From: an uncultured Eubacteriales bacterium
GTDB taxonomy: Bacteria; Acidobacteriota; Aminicenantia; Aminicenantales; Aminicenantaceae
Assembly: GCA_964440805.1 (NCBI GenBank)
Contig: CAYTTR010000007.1
Coordinates: 9,795 to 73,794, forward strand
Length of the DNA stretch: 64,000 nucleotides
Reading direction: 5' to 3'
Positions 8,752-16,871 of the stretch are shown piece by piece. The notes under the pieces are model-generated. The model ran no database searches. It was not told the origin of the DNA and was given only the letters and a program-made list of their open reading frames with translations. The position numbers and the translations under genes are program-made. The stretch's first letter is position 1. The number at the start of each line of letters is the position of its first letter.

Positions 8752-10701
8752 ATGAGAAGACGCATCGGTGTCTTTATTTGCCACTGTGGAATAAACATTG
8801 CCGGGACAGTGGATGTCAAAAAGGTGGCTCAAGAAATGTCTACTTATCCTGATGTCGTTCATGCTGAGGATTATGTTTATATGTGTTCAGATCCTGGGCA
8901 GAACCTTATCGTAGATACAATTCAGGAAAAAAAGCTGGATGGAGTGGTAGTGGCCTGCTGTTCTCACAATCTTCATGAATCCACTTTCCGCAATGCTACC
9001 AAATCAGCCGGAATAAATGCTTTTCAGTGTGAAATTGCCAACATAAGAGAGCAGTGCAGTTGGGTTCATAAAAACATGGATGAAGCTACTGCGAAATCTT
9101 TAAAAATAACCAGAAGCATTACTGAAAAAGTCCGCTGGAACGAGCCTCTTAAACCCATTTCTGTCCCTGTAACCCGGAAAGCTCTGGTTATTGGAGGAGG
9201 TATCGCCGGGATACAGGCTTCGCTGGATCTGGCTAACAGTGGTCTTGATGTAATCCTGGTGGAGAAATCACCTTCCATTGGCGGACGCATGATACAGCTT
9301 TCAGAAACCTTTCCCACCCTTGATTGTTCCCAGTGCATTCTGACTCCCAAAATGGTGGAAGTATCCAAACATCCCCAAATTAAACTAATGACTTACAGCG
9401 AAGTTCGAGAAGTCTCAGGGTATGTAGGTAATTTCCAAGTGAAAATATTGAAAAAACCAACCTATGTGGATCCGGAAAAATGTACTCTTTGTGATGAATG
9501 TACCAAGATCTGTCCTGTAGTTGTCCCCAATGAATTTGATCTCGGTCTTACCGGCCGACGGGGCATTTATATTCCCTTTCCTCAGGCCATTCCGGCAACT
9601 TATACCTTAGATGTGGAAGCCTGTCCCGGACTTCTTCCCATTGCCTGTGGAAAATGTGATGAAGTCTGTGAGCCAAAGGCTATTGATTTTGACATGAAAC
9701 CGCAGATCATCGAAGAAAATGTGGGGGCAATTGTGGTGGCCACTGGTTACGACCTCTATGGGAAAGAAAATATGGCAGAGTACGGTTACGGCAGGTATGC
9801 CGATGTTCTGGACGGACTGCAGTTTGAAAGATTGTGTTCAGCCAGCGGGCCAACCAGAGGAAAGATCCTCCGGCCCTCAGACCATAAAGAGCCGAAGGAA
9901 GTGGTTTTTATCCAGTGTGCTGGTTCCCGCGACCCAGAGCTCCATTGTGCCTACTGCTCCAAGATCTGCTGTATGTACACAGCCAAACATGCCAAGCTCT
10001 ACAAGCACCATGTCCATGACGGCCAAGCTTATGTCTTTTATATCGACATCCGTTCCGGCGGGAAAGGTTATGAAGAGTTCGTCAGTAAGACCATGGAAGA
10101 TGACGGGGTAATCTATCTCCGGGGAAAAGTCTCTAAGATATTCGAAGAAGATGGCAAGATCAAAGTCTGGGGAGTGGATACTCTTTCTGGAAAAAGTGTA
10201 GAAATTGCAGCTGATATGGTGGTTTTAGCCATGGCCATGAAGCCTTCGGCTGGAACCGAAGCTCTGGCCAAGATGTTAAAAATTTCCCAAGGCGAGGATG
10301 GATTTCTTTCCGAGTCTCATCCCAAGCTTAAGCCGGTGGAAAGTGCCACCTCGGGAATCTTTCTGGCGGGAGCCATCCAGGCTCCGAAAGATATTCCGGA
10401 GGCAGTGGCCCAGGCCGGAGGGGCGGCCATCAAAGTTGTCTCTATTCTCTTCCAGGAAGAACTGCTCCATTCGCCTCTTGTAGCCAGGGTGATATCTCCT
10501 CTCTGCACCGGTTGCGGGATGTGCGTTGAGGTTTGTCCCTATTCGGCCATAAGCCTGGATAACGGTGTCGCCCAGGTCAATGAAGTCCTTTGCGAAGGTT
10601 GCGGCACCTGTGCCGCTACATGTCTGAGAGCAGCAGTAGAAGTCCGGAATCTGACCCATCTCCAAATTCACGACATGTTGAATGCCTGTTTGGGAGGATG
10701 A
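8752..10701 (+). CDS. hdrA: Heterodisulfide reductase subunit A-like FAD/FeS flavoprotein (HdrA)
   Basis: Start MRRRIGVFICHCGINIAG is the classic HdrA N-terminus and is preceded by AAGGAGGG. There is a FAD-binding GGGIAG motif, several Cys clusters and a C-terminal 2x[4Fe-4S] ferredoxin region (CTGCGMCVEVCP, CEGCGTCAATC). The ORF-track start 8689 is upstream of the likely start. Confidence 0.85.
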   Translation: MRRRIGVFICHCGINIAGTVDVKKVAQEMSTYPDVVHAEDYVYMCSDPGQNLIVDTIQEKKLDGVVVACCSHNLHESTFRNATKSAGINAFQCEIANIREQCSWVHKNMDEATAKSLKITRSITEKVRWNEPLKPISVPVTRKALVIGGGIAGIQASLDLANSGLDVILVEKSPSIGGRMIQLSETFPTLDCSQCILTPKMVEVSKHPQIKLMTYSEVREVSGYVGNFQVKILKKPTYVDPEKCTLCDECTKICPVVVPNEFDLGLTGRRGIYIPFPQAIPATYTLDVEACPGLLPIACGKCDEVCEPKAIDFDMKPQIIEENVGAIVVATGYDLYGKENMAEYGYGRYADVLDGLQFERLCSASGPTRGKILRPSDHKEPKEVVFIQCAGSRDPELHCAYCSKICCMYTAKHAKLYKHHVHDGQAYVFYIDIRSGGKGYEEFVSKTMEDDGVIYLRGKVSKIFEEDGKIKVWGVDTLSGKSVEIAADMVVLAMAMKPSAGTEALAKMLKISQGEDGFLSESHPKLKPVESATSGIFLAGAIQAPKDIPEAVAQAGGAAIKVVSILFQEELLHSPLVARVISPLCTGCGMCVEVCPYSAISLDNGVAQVNEVLCEGCGTCAATCLRAAVEVRNLTHLQIHDMLNACLGG

Positions 10702-10702
10702 C

Positions 10703-11125
10703 ATGGAAAATCAATTTAATCCGAAGATTGTGGCTTTTCTTTGTAAATGGTGCTCTTCGGCAGGAAGCGACATGGCTGGTGTTTCCCGGATGGAATACCC
10801 GGCCAATGTTATTCCGGTCATGGTTATGTGCTCAGGCAGCGTCTCACCTTTGTATATACTTTCCGCCTTTAATTTAGGGGCTGACGGAGTGCTTGTTTCC
10901 GGTTGCCACCCGGGAGATTGTCATTATATTAAAGGAAATATGTATGCCCGCCGGAGAATGGCTGTCCTCAAGGAATTATTGCAATTCATCGGGCTTGAGC
11001 CGCAAAGGTTCCAGATGTCCTGGGTCTCGGCTGCCGAGGGATTGAAATACACTCAGATCATCAAGGATTTTGTAGAAGTTCTAAAGCCTTTGGGCCCACA
11101 ACAGCAGTTAAGAAGGAGTCTCTGA
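10703..11125 (+). CDS. mvhD: MvhD / FlxD-like methyl-viologen-reducing hydrogenase delta subunit homologue
   Basis: IVAFLCKWCSSAGSDMAG...VMCSG...GADGVLVSGCHPGDCHY matches the MvhD family (CxxC...C, GADGV, GCHxGDCH). The start is 2 nt after the hdrA stop. Confidence 0.8.
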   Translation: MENQFNPKIVAFLCKWCSSAGSDMAGVSRMEYPANVIPVMVMCSGSVSPLYILSAFNLGADGVLVSGCHPGDCHYIKGNMYARRRMAVLKELLQFIGLEPQRFQMSWVSAAEGLKYTQIIKDFVEVLKPLGPQQQLRRSL

Positions 11126-12162
11126 TGGTGGAGTTGGAAAAATTAAAGGATAAAGCAAGGGAGCTTCTGGAGAAAGAGAAAATCAGATTCCTTATCGGCT
11201 ATACCGAGGGAGCTGAGGGAAAAGGAGCAGTACCTGCCCGTTTCAGAAAACCGAAAGAAGTGGAAAAACTTATCTGGAATCCCGAATGCAGACACAACTT
11301 AGTTCTTTTCCTGGTTGAAGAGAAAAAGAAGGAGATTGAATCAAAAGAGGAAAAGAAAGAAAAAAAGCCTATAGGTTTATTGGTCAAGGGTTGTGACAGC
11401 CGGATTGTGAATGTTCTTCTCCAGGAAAAATTCATATCCAGGGAAGAGGTTTTTCTTCTGGGAGTTTCCTGTGAACAAGGAGGAATTATAGACCGGAAAA
11501 AAGCTTCATTGAAATTAAATGGAAAAAAAGTTGATAAGTGGGAGTTTGAAGAAGATGGTTCCGTGCTTGCCCATATCGGAGGTAAAAAAAATAAGATCCA
11601 AAGGGAGGATATTCTCTCTGACAACTGTTTAGTCTGCCGGTACAGTTATCCGGTTATTTATGATGTTATGTTCGGGGAGAAAAAAGAGAGGGAGGCAAGG
11701 AATTATTTTAACAGTGTGGAAGAGATAGAGAATATGTCTCGTGAGAAAAGACGGCTCTTCTGGAAGGAACAGATGGAAAAATGCATTCGTTGTTATGCCT
11801 GCCGCTCGGTTTGTCCTCTTTGCTACTGTCCTGAATGCGTGGTTGATCCCATTAGTTTCAAAATAACCCCGGAAACAACAGCCGAGGAAAAAGCCAAGAG
11901 GATAAAATGGATTGAAAAATCTCCCTTAATTTCTGAAAACTTAGTCTATCATTTAGTTAGAGCCATCCATCATGCCGGCCGCTGTTCTGATTGTGGCCAG
12001 TGCGAAATGTCTTGTCCTCAAAATATTCCTGTCCGCCTGCTGAACAAAAAGATTGAGAAGACAGCCCTAGAGATGTTCGAATATGTGGCCGGATTGGATC
12101 CAGAAAAATCCTCTCTTTTTTCCAGCTTCAGGGAAAACGACCCTGAGGATTTTATCAGGTGA
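11125..12162 (+). CDS. Iron-sulfur subunit with C-terminal 2x[4Fe-4S] ferredoxin domain (FlxC/FrhB-like electron-transfer subunit); exact family uncertain
   Basis: Two CxxCxxCxxxCP motifs (CIRCYACRSVCP, CSDCGQCEMSCP). The start codon overlaps the mvhD stop (ATGA). The N-terminal half has no motif I recognise. Confidence 0.55.
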   Translation: MVELEKLKDKARELLEKEKIRFLIGYTEGAEGKGAVPARFRKPKEVEKLIWNPECRHNLVLFLVEEKKKEIESKEEKKEKKPIGLLVKGCDSRIVNVLLQEKFISREEVFLLGVSCEQGGIIDRKKASLKLNGKKVDKWEFEEDGSVLAHIGGKKNKIQREDILSDNCLVCRYSYPVIYDVMFGEKKEREARNYFNSVEEIENMSREKRRLFWKEQMEKCIRCYACRSVCPLCYCPECVVDPISFKITPETTAEEKAKRIKWIEKSPLISENLVYHLVRAIHHAGRCSDCGQCEMSCPQNIPVRLLNKKIEKTALEMFEYVAGLDPEKSSLFSSFRENDPEDFIR

Positions 12163-12166
12163 AACC

Positions 12167-13207
12167 ATGGATAAAATAATTTTAAAAAAATCTATTCCAC
12201 GTTGGATTAAACAACTGGCTTCTTTCAGGATTTTCAGTCCTGTGGCCAAGGATGGTCTCTGGGAATATGAAGAAATCAAACAACTCGATGATTTTCCTAA
12301 GGAATATACCAATACCGTAGTCCCTCTGAAAAAATTTTTGTTTCCCCACCGTGAAGAACTGTTTGAGTTTGCCGACCCTCAAAACGGCGGTCCTGAAATC
12401 AAAGAAATTCTTCCTGAAGCAAAACCGATGGTTGTATTTGGGGTAAGACCTTGTGATGCCCGGGCTGCTCACCTGCTTTCCAAAGTATTCGGCGGAGATA
12501 TTCCGGATGTCTACTTCCAGAAGCACCAAGATCTGGTTTATCTGGTTGGACTGGCTTGTTCCTCTCCTCCTTCAGATTCATGCTTTTGTATTTCTGTGGA
12601 AGGCTCGCCTTTTTCAGAAGAGGGACTGGATATTCTTCTTATTGATTTGGGAGAGAAATATTTGGTTAGAATTTTAAGCGAGAAAGGCAAAAATCTGATT
12701 AAAGCCAATGGAGATCTTTTTGAAACGGCCTTGAAAAAAGATCAGGAAAGGGCTCAAGAACTTGAAAAAGAAGCCGAAAAAAAGATTTCAACAAAAGTAA
12801 AATCTGTAGACAAAATTCCCCCTAAGCTCAAGGATATGTTTGACTCTCCTTTATGGGAAGAAGAATCATTCAGATGTCTTAAATGCGGAATTTGTACTTA
12901 TCTCTGCCCGACCTGTCATTGTTTTGATATTTCTGATGAGCTTGTATCTACTTTTCCTTTAAGAGGAAAAAGGGTCAGAGTCTGGGATAACTGTCAGTTT
13001 CCGGATTTTACCATGCATTCCTCGGGACATAATCCCCGGCCGGATAAATCTTCACGGCTGAGGCAAAGGATATTTCATAAGTTTTATTATTTTGTGGAAA
13101 ATCAAAAGGATTACCTTTGTACTGGCTGCGGCAGGTGTGTGGCTAAATGTCCTGTGGGAATAGATATAGTTGAAATTTTAAATAAGGTGGAAAGCCATGG
13201 AAAATAA
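12167..13207 (+). CDS. AsrA / sulfhydrogenase-beta-like Fe-S protein (anaerobic sulfite reductase subunit A family)
   Basis: Start MDKIILKK at 12167 is just after the upstream stop. Cys motifs CLKCGICTYLCPTCHCFD and CTGCGRCVAKCPVGIDI, about 347 aa, directly followed by an AsrB-like partner, as in asrAB / hydBG pairs. Confidence 0.6.
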   Translation: MDKIILKKSIPRWIKQLASFRIFSPVAKDGLWEYEEIKQLDDFPKEYTNTVVPLKKFLFPHREELFEFADPQNGGPEIKEILPEAKPMVVFGVRPCDARAAHLLSKVFGGDIPDVYFQKHQDLVYLVGLACSSPPSDSCFCISVEGSPFSEEGLDILLIDLGEKYLVRILSEKGKNLIKANGDLFETALKKDQERAQELEKEAEKKISTKVKSVDKIPPKLKDMFDSPLWEEESFRCLKCGICTYLCPTCHCFDISDELVSTFPLRGKRVRVWDNCQFPDFTMHSSGHNPRPDKSSRLRQRIFHKFYYFVENQKDYLCTGCGRCVAKCPVGIDIVEILNKVESHGK

Positions 13208-14021
13208 TCCTTATATCCCTCGGGTTGCCAAAATAATACAGATAAAAGAAGAGGTGGGGGGGATCCGTCCGGTCAAGACCTTTCGCCTGCAGTTTTTGGA
13301 GGAAAATCATTTCTCATTCAAATGCGGCCAATGTGCCATGCTCTCTGTTTTTGGAAAAGGAGAATCCATGATTTCAATTTCATCTTCTCAGTTGGAGAAG
13401 GAATATTTGCAATTCAGTATCTTGAAGATGGGAAGAGTAACTACTGCCCTTCATGATATGAAGGAAGGGGATAAGCTGGGTATACGGGGGCCTTATGGAA
13501 ATGGGTTCCCTGTTGAGGAGTGGAAAGGGAAAAATCTTCTTTTTATCGGCGGAGGTATAGGCTTGGCTCCTATCTGGTCGGTCTTGCAAACAGTATTGAA
13601 GAAAAAGAAGGATTACGGCCGTTTGATTCTTTTTTATGGGGCAAGAAGCTCGGGAGATCTTGTTTTCAAGGATGAGCTGGAAAAGCTGAGGGATGAGATG
13701 AAAGTCTATCTTTCAGTTGATGTGGAAGAGCCGGAATGGAAGGAATACGTCGGATTTGTTCCTCAGAATGTCCTGGAGAAAAAGCCTTCTCCTGAAAATA
13801 CCATTGCTGTAACCTGCGGGCCTCCTATCATGATTAAATTCGTTATAAAAAATTTAAAAGAACTTGGCTTTAAGGACCGGCAGATTTATACCACCGTGGA
13901 GAATAAGATGAAGTGCGGCATTGGGAAGTGTGGCCGCTGCAATATTGGACCTGTTTACATCTGTCAGGATGGACCTGTTTTTTCTTGGGATAAATTAAAG
14001 GAGCTTCCCCAGGAATATTAA
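13197..14021 (+). CDS. AsrB / PyrK-like FAD-NAD(P)H-binding oxidoreductase subunit with C-terminal [2Fe-2S] (sulfhydrogenase gamma / NfnA-like)
   Basis: GPYGNGF, LLFIGGGIGLAP and CGPPIM motifs of the ferredoxin-NADP reductase fold, plus a terminal CGIGKCGRCNIGPVYICQDGPVF cluster typical of PyrK/AsrB/NfnA. Overlaps the upstream gene by 11 nt. Confidence 0.75.
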   Translation: MENNPYIPRVAKIIQIKEEVGGIRPVKTFRLQFLEENHFSFKCGQCAMLSVFGKGESMISISSSQLEKEYLQFSILKMGRVTTALHDMKEGDKLGIRGPYGNGFPVEEWKGKNLLFIGGGIGLAPIWSVLQTVLKKKKDYGRLILFYGARSSGDLVFKDELEKLRDEMKVYLSVDVEEPEWKEYVGFVPQNVLEKKPSPENTIAVTCGPPIMIKFVIKNLKELGFKDRQIYTTVENKMKCGIGKCGRCNIGPVYICQDGPVFSWDKLKELPQEY

Positions 14022-14076
14022 GCAGCAAGACTCAATGGTTTTGGCTGTGTAATAAAAACGAAAGAAAGGAGGGAAC

Positions 14077-14550
14077 ATGGTTCCGATCGAGGTTTTAAGA
14101 AGGTTTGACATATTCAGCGGGCTTTCCGACCCTGAATTGGAAAACATAAGTGAAATTGCTAAACTGGAAAAATACCGTCCCAATGCCCGGGTTTTCGAGG
14201 AGGATTCGCTGGCCGTGAAAATGTATCTGGTTCTTTATGGAAGAGTAGAAATCAGGCTGAGGAAGAGCCCCGAGAAGGATCCCTTGACAATCGATATTGT
14301 CGGCCCCGGTGAGATTTTTGGCTGGTCAGCAGTAACCAATCCTTACACCTTCACTGCTGCTGCCTGGACGGTGGAAGAATCTGAACTGGTAGCTATTGAT
14401 GGAGGAGTTCTTCTCAAGCTTTTCAAAATCAACAACCACCTCGGTTACAAGGTTATGACAAGAATTGCCGGGGTTATATCAAAGAGATTCCGCCAGTTAA
14501 GCCAGAAACTTGTGGACAATGCCTCTTTGGAGAAAGAAGTCCGGATGTAG
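14077..14550 (+). CDS. Stand-alone cyclic-nucleotide-binding (CAP effector) domain protein, no HTH
   Basis: FSGLSDPELENI...ARVFEEDS...MYLVLYGRVEI...GEIFGWSAV is the cNMP-binding beta-roll signature. At 157 aa there is no room for a DNA-binding domain. Confidence 0.65.
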   Translation: MVPIEVLRRFDIFSGLSDPELENISEIAKLEKYRPNARVFEEDSLAVKMYLVLYGRVEIRLRKSPEKDPLTIDIVGPGEIFGWSAVTNPYTFTAAAWTVEESELVAIDGGVLLKLFKINNHLGYKVMTRIAGVISKRFRQLSQKLVDNASLEKEVRM

Positions 14551-14591
14551 AACAATATCCGGGAGAATAAGGCTCAGGTTGTTTTCAGTCT

Positions 14592-16538
14592 TCAAAGAAG
14601 CTCTTCCGCCACCTTGCCGTTTTTCGACCAGCCTTGTTTTCGGTAGTAAAGATCGAGGATTTTGTGGTGCAGGTCCTTACGGACTGTTTTTCCCCGATGC
14701 GGACCGGAGGTAAGAGGAACAGTCAGCTTTTGGGGAATGAAAGCGTCATAAGAGCGGTCTCTTCCTTGAATGTTGTTTAAATGCCTTTCCAGAGTATAAA
14801 TTCTTCGGCCGCACTGGTTTAGAGTCTCCGGGGAATTTTCAAATCCGGTAAGAGTTTGGAAGAGAGATAGAAAAAGATCTGATGTAATATCGGCGCAGAA
14901 AAAATCACAAAGGCCGAGGGAATCAATGAGAGCTTTACTGTGCTGGGATTCAACCACATAAGCACTCAGGGCCTCTGCTTCTTTCAATCCTCCTTCTTCT
15001 GCCTGGATTGTCCAGGCATAGGTGTGGTCACCTCTTCCCCGGTTGGAGGTAGCATAGGCAGTGAACATGCCCGGAAAAACCTTAGGTTCGATACCGGCAT
15101 AACCCAGGCCGCCGAAGGTAGTGGTGGCGCAAAAAGCTATCTCATCTATACAAGAGCTCGGTATTTCAGAGGACAGTTTTTCAATAACCAAATCAGTGTG
15201 GTCAGCAAAAAGATTTCCCAATGGTTCTCTTCTGTAGGCAAGATCTTTTATAAAATCTATCATTCGTGGAGCATTACCGAATGTTAGAGAACTATCCCAT
15301 TTATCCAAGAACCCTTTTTCGGTCAACTCCATAACTGCAGCAGTTATACTGCCGAAGGTCATGGTGTCGATACCGAGCTCATTGGCCAGTTTATTCATGT
15401 GAAAGATAGCCTCTTTGTTTAAAATACAGCAATTTATCCAGAGAGCAATGGTTTCGAATTCGGGGCGAACTCCAGTTCCTGAATAGAGTGGTTTTGTCAC
15501 CTGGGCTTCTCTGGAACAAAAAATATGACGGCACCTGTTGCAGACATTGTGTTTTCCGGCCATCTCCAGGAAAGAGCCGGTAGAAACACCGGCATAATCC
15601 CTGGGAGAAAAATATCCTTCATCAAAGTTATGCCAGGGAAGGTACCCTCCTTTACTACCCAGGTAATTTCCGTTGAAAGCCCTATCCAGCCACCATGTTG
15701 TCCCGGTTTCCGGGCGAAAAGAGACTGTTTTCTGAGGATCAGCTACTGTGGATTTGACCAGTTCATCAAGTTGCCGGCTTAATTTTTGGAATGATTGAGT
15801 ATCAGCATAGCCTACTTTTTCTCTGCCGGAGGCTGTAACAGCTACCAGGTTTTTAGAGCCAAAGACAGCCCCGGCTCCGCCTCTTCCAAAATTCCGGTGA
15901 TAATCGGCGGTAAGACAGGCAAATTCTACCTGGTTCCAGCCCGCCGGTCCCGGGCAGACAGTGGAGGAGCCTGGATGCTTGCGGGAGAGAAAACCAATCA
16001 CTTCTGAGGTTCTGCGAAGAATCTTTTTTCCTTCTATTTCCTCAAATAGCTCATCTTCGGCCTTGATAATATGAGCCTTTCCATTCTCGAGGAGAAGGCG
16101 GACTGGTTGAGACGCCCGGTCATCGATTATGACCTGATCGAAGCCAGCCCTTTTTAGCCTGTTAGGAAATTGGCCTCCGCAGCTTGAATGAGTGATTAGC
16201 CCATAGAGAATTTTATGTTCCGGAACCCAGGAACAGGGTTTAAGAGACCGGGTCATGGGGCTGATGAAGGAACAAGATCCTCTTCCGGCGGTGGGGATAA
16301 AGGTATCATTGGGAGCTGATGTACCCAGAATTATCCGATTTTCCGGGCCAAGCGGATCCCGGACCGGACCATTGTTTTTGAGTTTCAGAAAGAGCAAATA
16401 TGCCTGAACCCCGCGGCCGCCGATATATTTTCTATATACTTCCGGGTCAGGGAGGCTGGTGGTGATTTTATTCTCCGAAAGGTCGATCCAGGCCCATTTG
16501 CCTGTGTAGCCATAAAAACCAGAAGTTTTTTGCTTCAT
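14592..16538 (-). CDS. aor: Aldehyde:ferredoxin oxidoreductase, tungsten-containing AOR family (AOR-2)
   Basis: 648 aa; N-terminus MKQKTSGFYGYTGKWAWIDLSENKITT...YIGGRGVQAYLL and the overall pattern of the AOR family; distinct paralogue of AOR-1. Confidence 0.85.
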   Translation of the reverse strand: MKQKTSGFYGYTGKWAWIDLSENKITTSLPDPEVYRKYIGGRGVQAYLLFLKLKNNGPVRDPLGPENRIILGTSAPNDTFIPTAGRGSCSFISPMTRSLKPCSWVPEHKILYGLITHSSCGGQFPNRLKRAGFDQVIIDDRASQPVRLLLENGKAHIIKAEDELFEEIEGKKILRRTSEVIGFLSRKHPGSSTVCPGPAGWNQVEFACLTADYHRNFGRGGAGAVFGSKNLVAVTASGREKVGYADTQSFQKLSRQLDELVKSTVADPQKTVSFRPETGTTWWLDRAFNGNYLGSKGGYLPWHNFDEGYFSPRDYAGVSTGSFLEMAGKHNVCNRCRHIFCSREAQVTKPLYSGTGVRPEFETIALWINCCILNKEAIFHMNKLANELGIDTMTFGSITAAVMELTEKGFLDKWDSSLTFGNAPRMIDFIKDLAYRREPLGNLFADHTDLVIEKLSSEIPSSCIDEIAFCATTTFGGLGYAGIEPKVFPGMFTAYATSNRGRGDHTYAWTIQAEEGGLKEAEALSAYVVESQHSKALIDSLGLCDFFCADITSDLFLSLFQTLTGFENSPETLNQCGRRIYTLERHLNNIQGRDRSYDAFIPQKLTVPLTSGPHRGKTVRKDLHHKILDLYYRKQGWSKNGKVAEELL

Positions 16539-16871
16539 TACTCCTCCTTAGTCTTTATCCGGGTTACTTGAAGAAAATGAGCTTATCATAGGCCGGAAGT
16601 CAGGGTCAATTGTTTAACCTCGACCTGCCTCGGCACGGAAGTTTAAATGGCTTATTAATTCTACCAATCTTGACAAGTTTTGCCATTTAGGTTTTTATAT
16701 AGGGCAATAAAGGAAGCTGGTTGAAGGAGGAAATCAAGGAATGGAAAGGGTCGAGTTAGTCATAGACTATTCATAGAAAATGCTGATACCAAAATTGTAA
16801 AAGATAAATAATTGTAAATTAAAATATCAGACTTTATGATTAAAAAATTATAGACTGGCTCAAGGTGAAAT

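Noticed and set aside
8752-14021. Archaeal/methanogen origin for the hdrA-mvhD cluster
   Set aside because: The surrounding genes are clearly bacterial (RpoD sigma-70, SppA, PBP1C, Cus system, SerC) and hdrA/mvhD homologues are widespread in anaerobic Bacteria. No methanogenesis genes are present.
16750-16780. TAGACTATTCATAGAAAATGC resembling the MITE TIR core (ACTATTCATAAAAAAGG)
   Set aside because: Only about 12 nt match and there is no partner inverted repeat within 500 bp. Probably chance similarity in AT-rich DNA.
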